A DNA stretch of 25,000 bases from Balanoglossus misakiensis (lineage: Eukaryota; Animalia; Hemichordata). Both the position numbers and the translations under genes were made by a program. The stretch covers positions 1-25,000 of the forward strand of contig JBECUI020000070.1 of assembly GCA_040954595.2 (NCBI GenBank). The letters are read 5' to 3'. Positions 24,501 to 25,000 of this stretch are shown here, in pieces; position 1 is the first letter of the stretch, and each line of letters starts with the position of its first letter. The notes below the pieces were generated by a model. That model saw only the letters and a list, made by a program, of their open reading frames with translations, did not search any database and was not told where the DNA came from.

Positions 24501-25000
24501 TCAAAAATCGGCCAAATTTTGAAATTCCGCGAAGTCGAAAAATTCTCATTTTTTGATGATTTTCCTGAGCTATAACCCATGTTTTTTTCAAAAATCGGCC
24601 AAATTTTGAAATTCCGCGAAGTCGAAAAATTCTCATTTTTTGATGATTTTCCTGAGCTATAACCCATGGTTTTTTCAAAAATCGGCCAAATATTGAAATT
24701 CCGCAAAGTCGAAAAATTCTCATTTTTTGATGATTTTCCTGAGCTATAGCCCATGGTTTTTTCAAAAATCGGCCAAATTTTGAAATTCCGCAAAGTCGAA
24801 AAATTCTCATTTTTTGATGATTTTCCTGAGCTATAACCCATGGTTTTTTCAAAAATCGGCCAAATTTTGAAATTCCGCAAAGTCGAAAAATTCTCATTTT
24901 TTGATGATTTTCCTGAGCTATAACCCATGGTTTTTTCAAAAATCGGCCAAATTTTGAAATTATGCAAAGTCGAAAAATTCTCATTTTTTGATGATTTTCC
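21256..25000. repeat. Type B domain: 87-bp monomer GAGCTATAACCCATGGTTTTTTCAAAAATCGGCCAAATTTTGAAATTCCGC(A/G)AAGTCGAAAAATTCTCATTTTTTGATGATTTTCCT
   Basis: 43 consecutive B monomers with no A monomer. Recurrent variants (CGCA/CGCG, TCAGCC, CATGTTT, +T) form irregular 6-8-monomer units. Confidence 0.97.

Larger units (their letters stand above)
1292..25000. repeat. Satellite DNA array of 87/88-bp monomers, about 270 head-to-tail copies, running off the window end
   Basis: GAGCTATAACCCATGGTTTTT recurs every 87-88 bp with no unique spacers or inversions (e.g. starts at 6901 and 6989; 11641 and 11728). The last monomer starts at 24915 and is cut by the window. Confidence 0.99.

Noticed and set aside
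1402-24984. All ORFs in the array as protein-coding genes
   Set aside because: They are translations of the 87/88-bp monomers, overlap in several frames, start and stop at A/B switches or 1-bp indels, and have no unique domain or recognisable protein motif.
1292-25000. CRISPR array
   Set aside because: There are conserved, partly palindromic segments, but the intervening sequence takes only two states rather than unique spacers, and no cas genes are present.
1292-25000. A/B block order as an information-bearing code or programmed cassette system
   Set aside because: The pattern is explained by in-register exchange and nested tandem duplications traced by shared variants. No recombinase, inversion or dedicated recombination site is visible.
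1292-25000. Tandem tRNA, 5S rRNA, snRNA or spliced-leader gene array
   Set aside because: The unit is tRNA-sized but shows no cloverleaf, no convincing A/B boxes and no 5S or snRNA similarity, and it has several internal T-runs that would terminate Pol III.

Overview
Non-coding, AT-rich, almost certainly eukaryotic DNA spanning the edge of a large satellite array. Bases 1-1291 are unique, CpG-poor flank with one near-perfect 151-bp tandem duplication. From about 1292 to the window end there is one head-to-tail tandem array of about 270 monomers, all in the same orientation, made of two related subfamilies: type A (88 bp) and type B (87 bp), differing by 11 substitutions and 1 indel (about 86% identical). 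The array is layered: a degenerate edge monomer intermediate between A and B, an almost pure A domain (1380-10591), a zone of alternating A and B blocks with chimeric monomers and higher-order repeats (10592-21255), and a pure B domain (21256-25000). All ORFs after position 1400 are translations of the satellite (87 bp = 29 codons) and are not called as genes. I found no gene, RNA gene, CRISPR array or recognisable mobile element, and no evidence for a new protein-based system. The interest lies in the architecture and evolution of the satellite.
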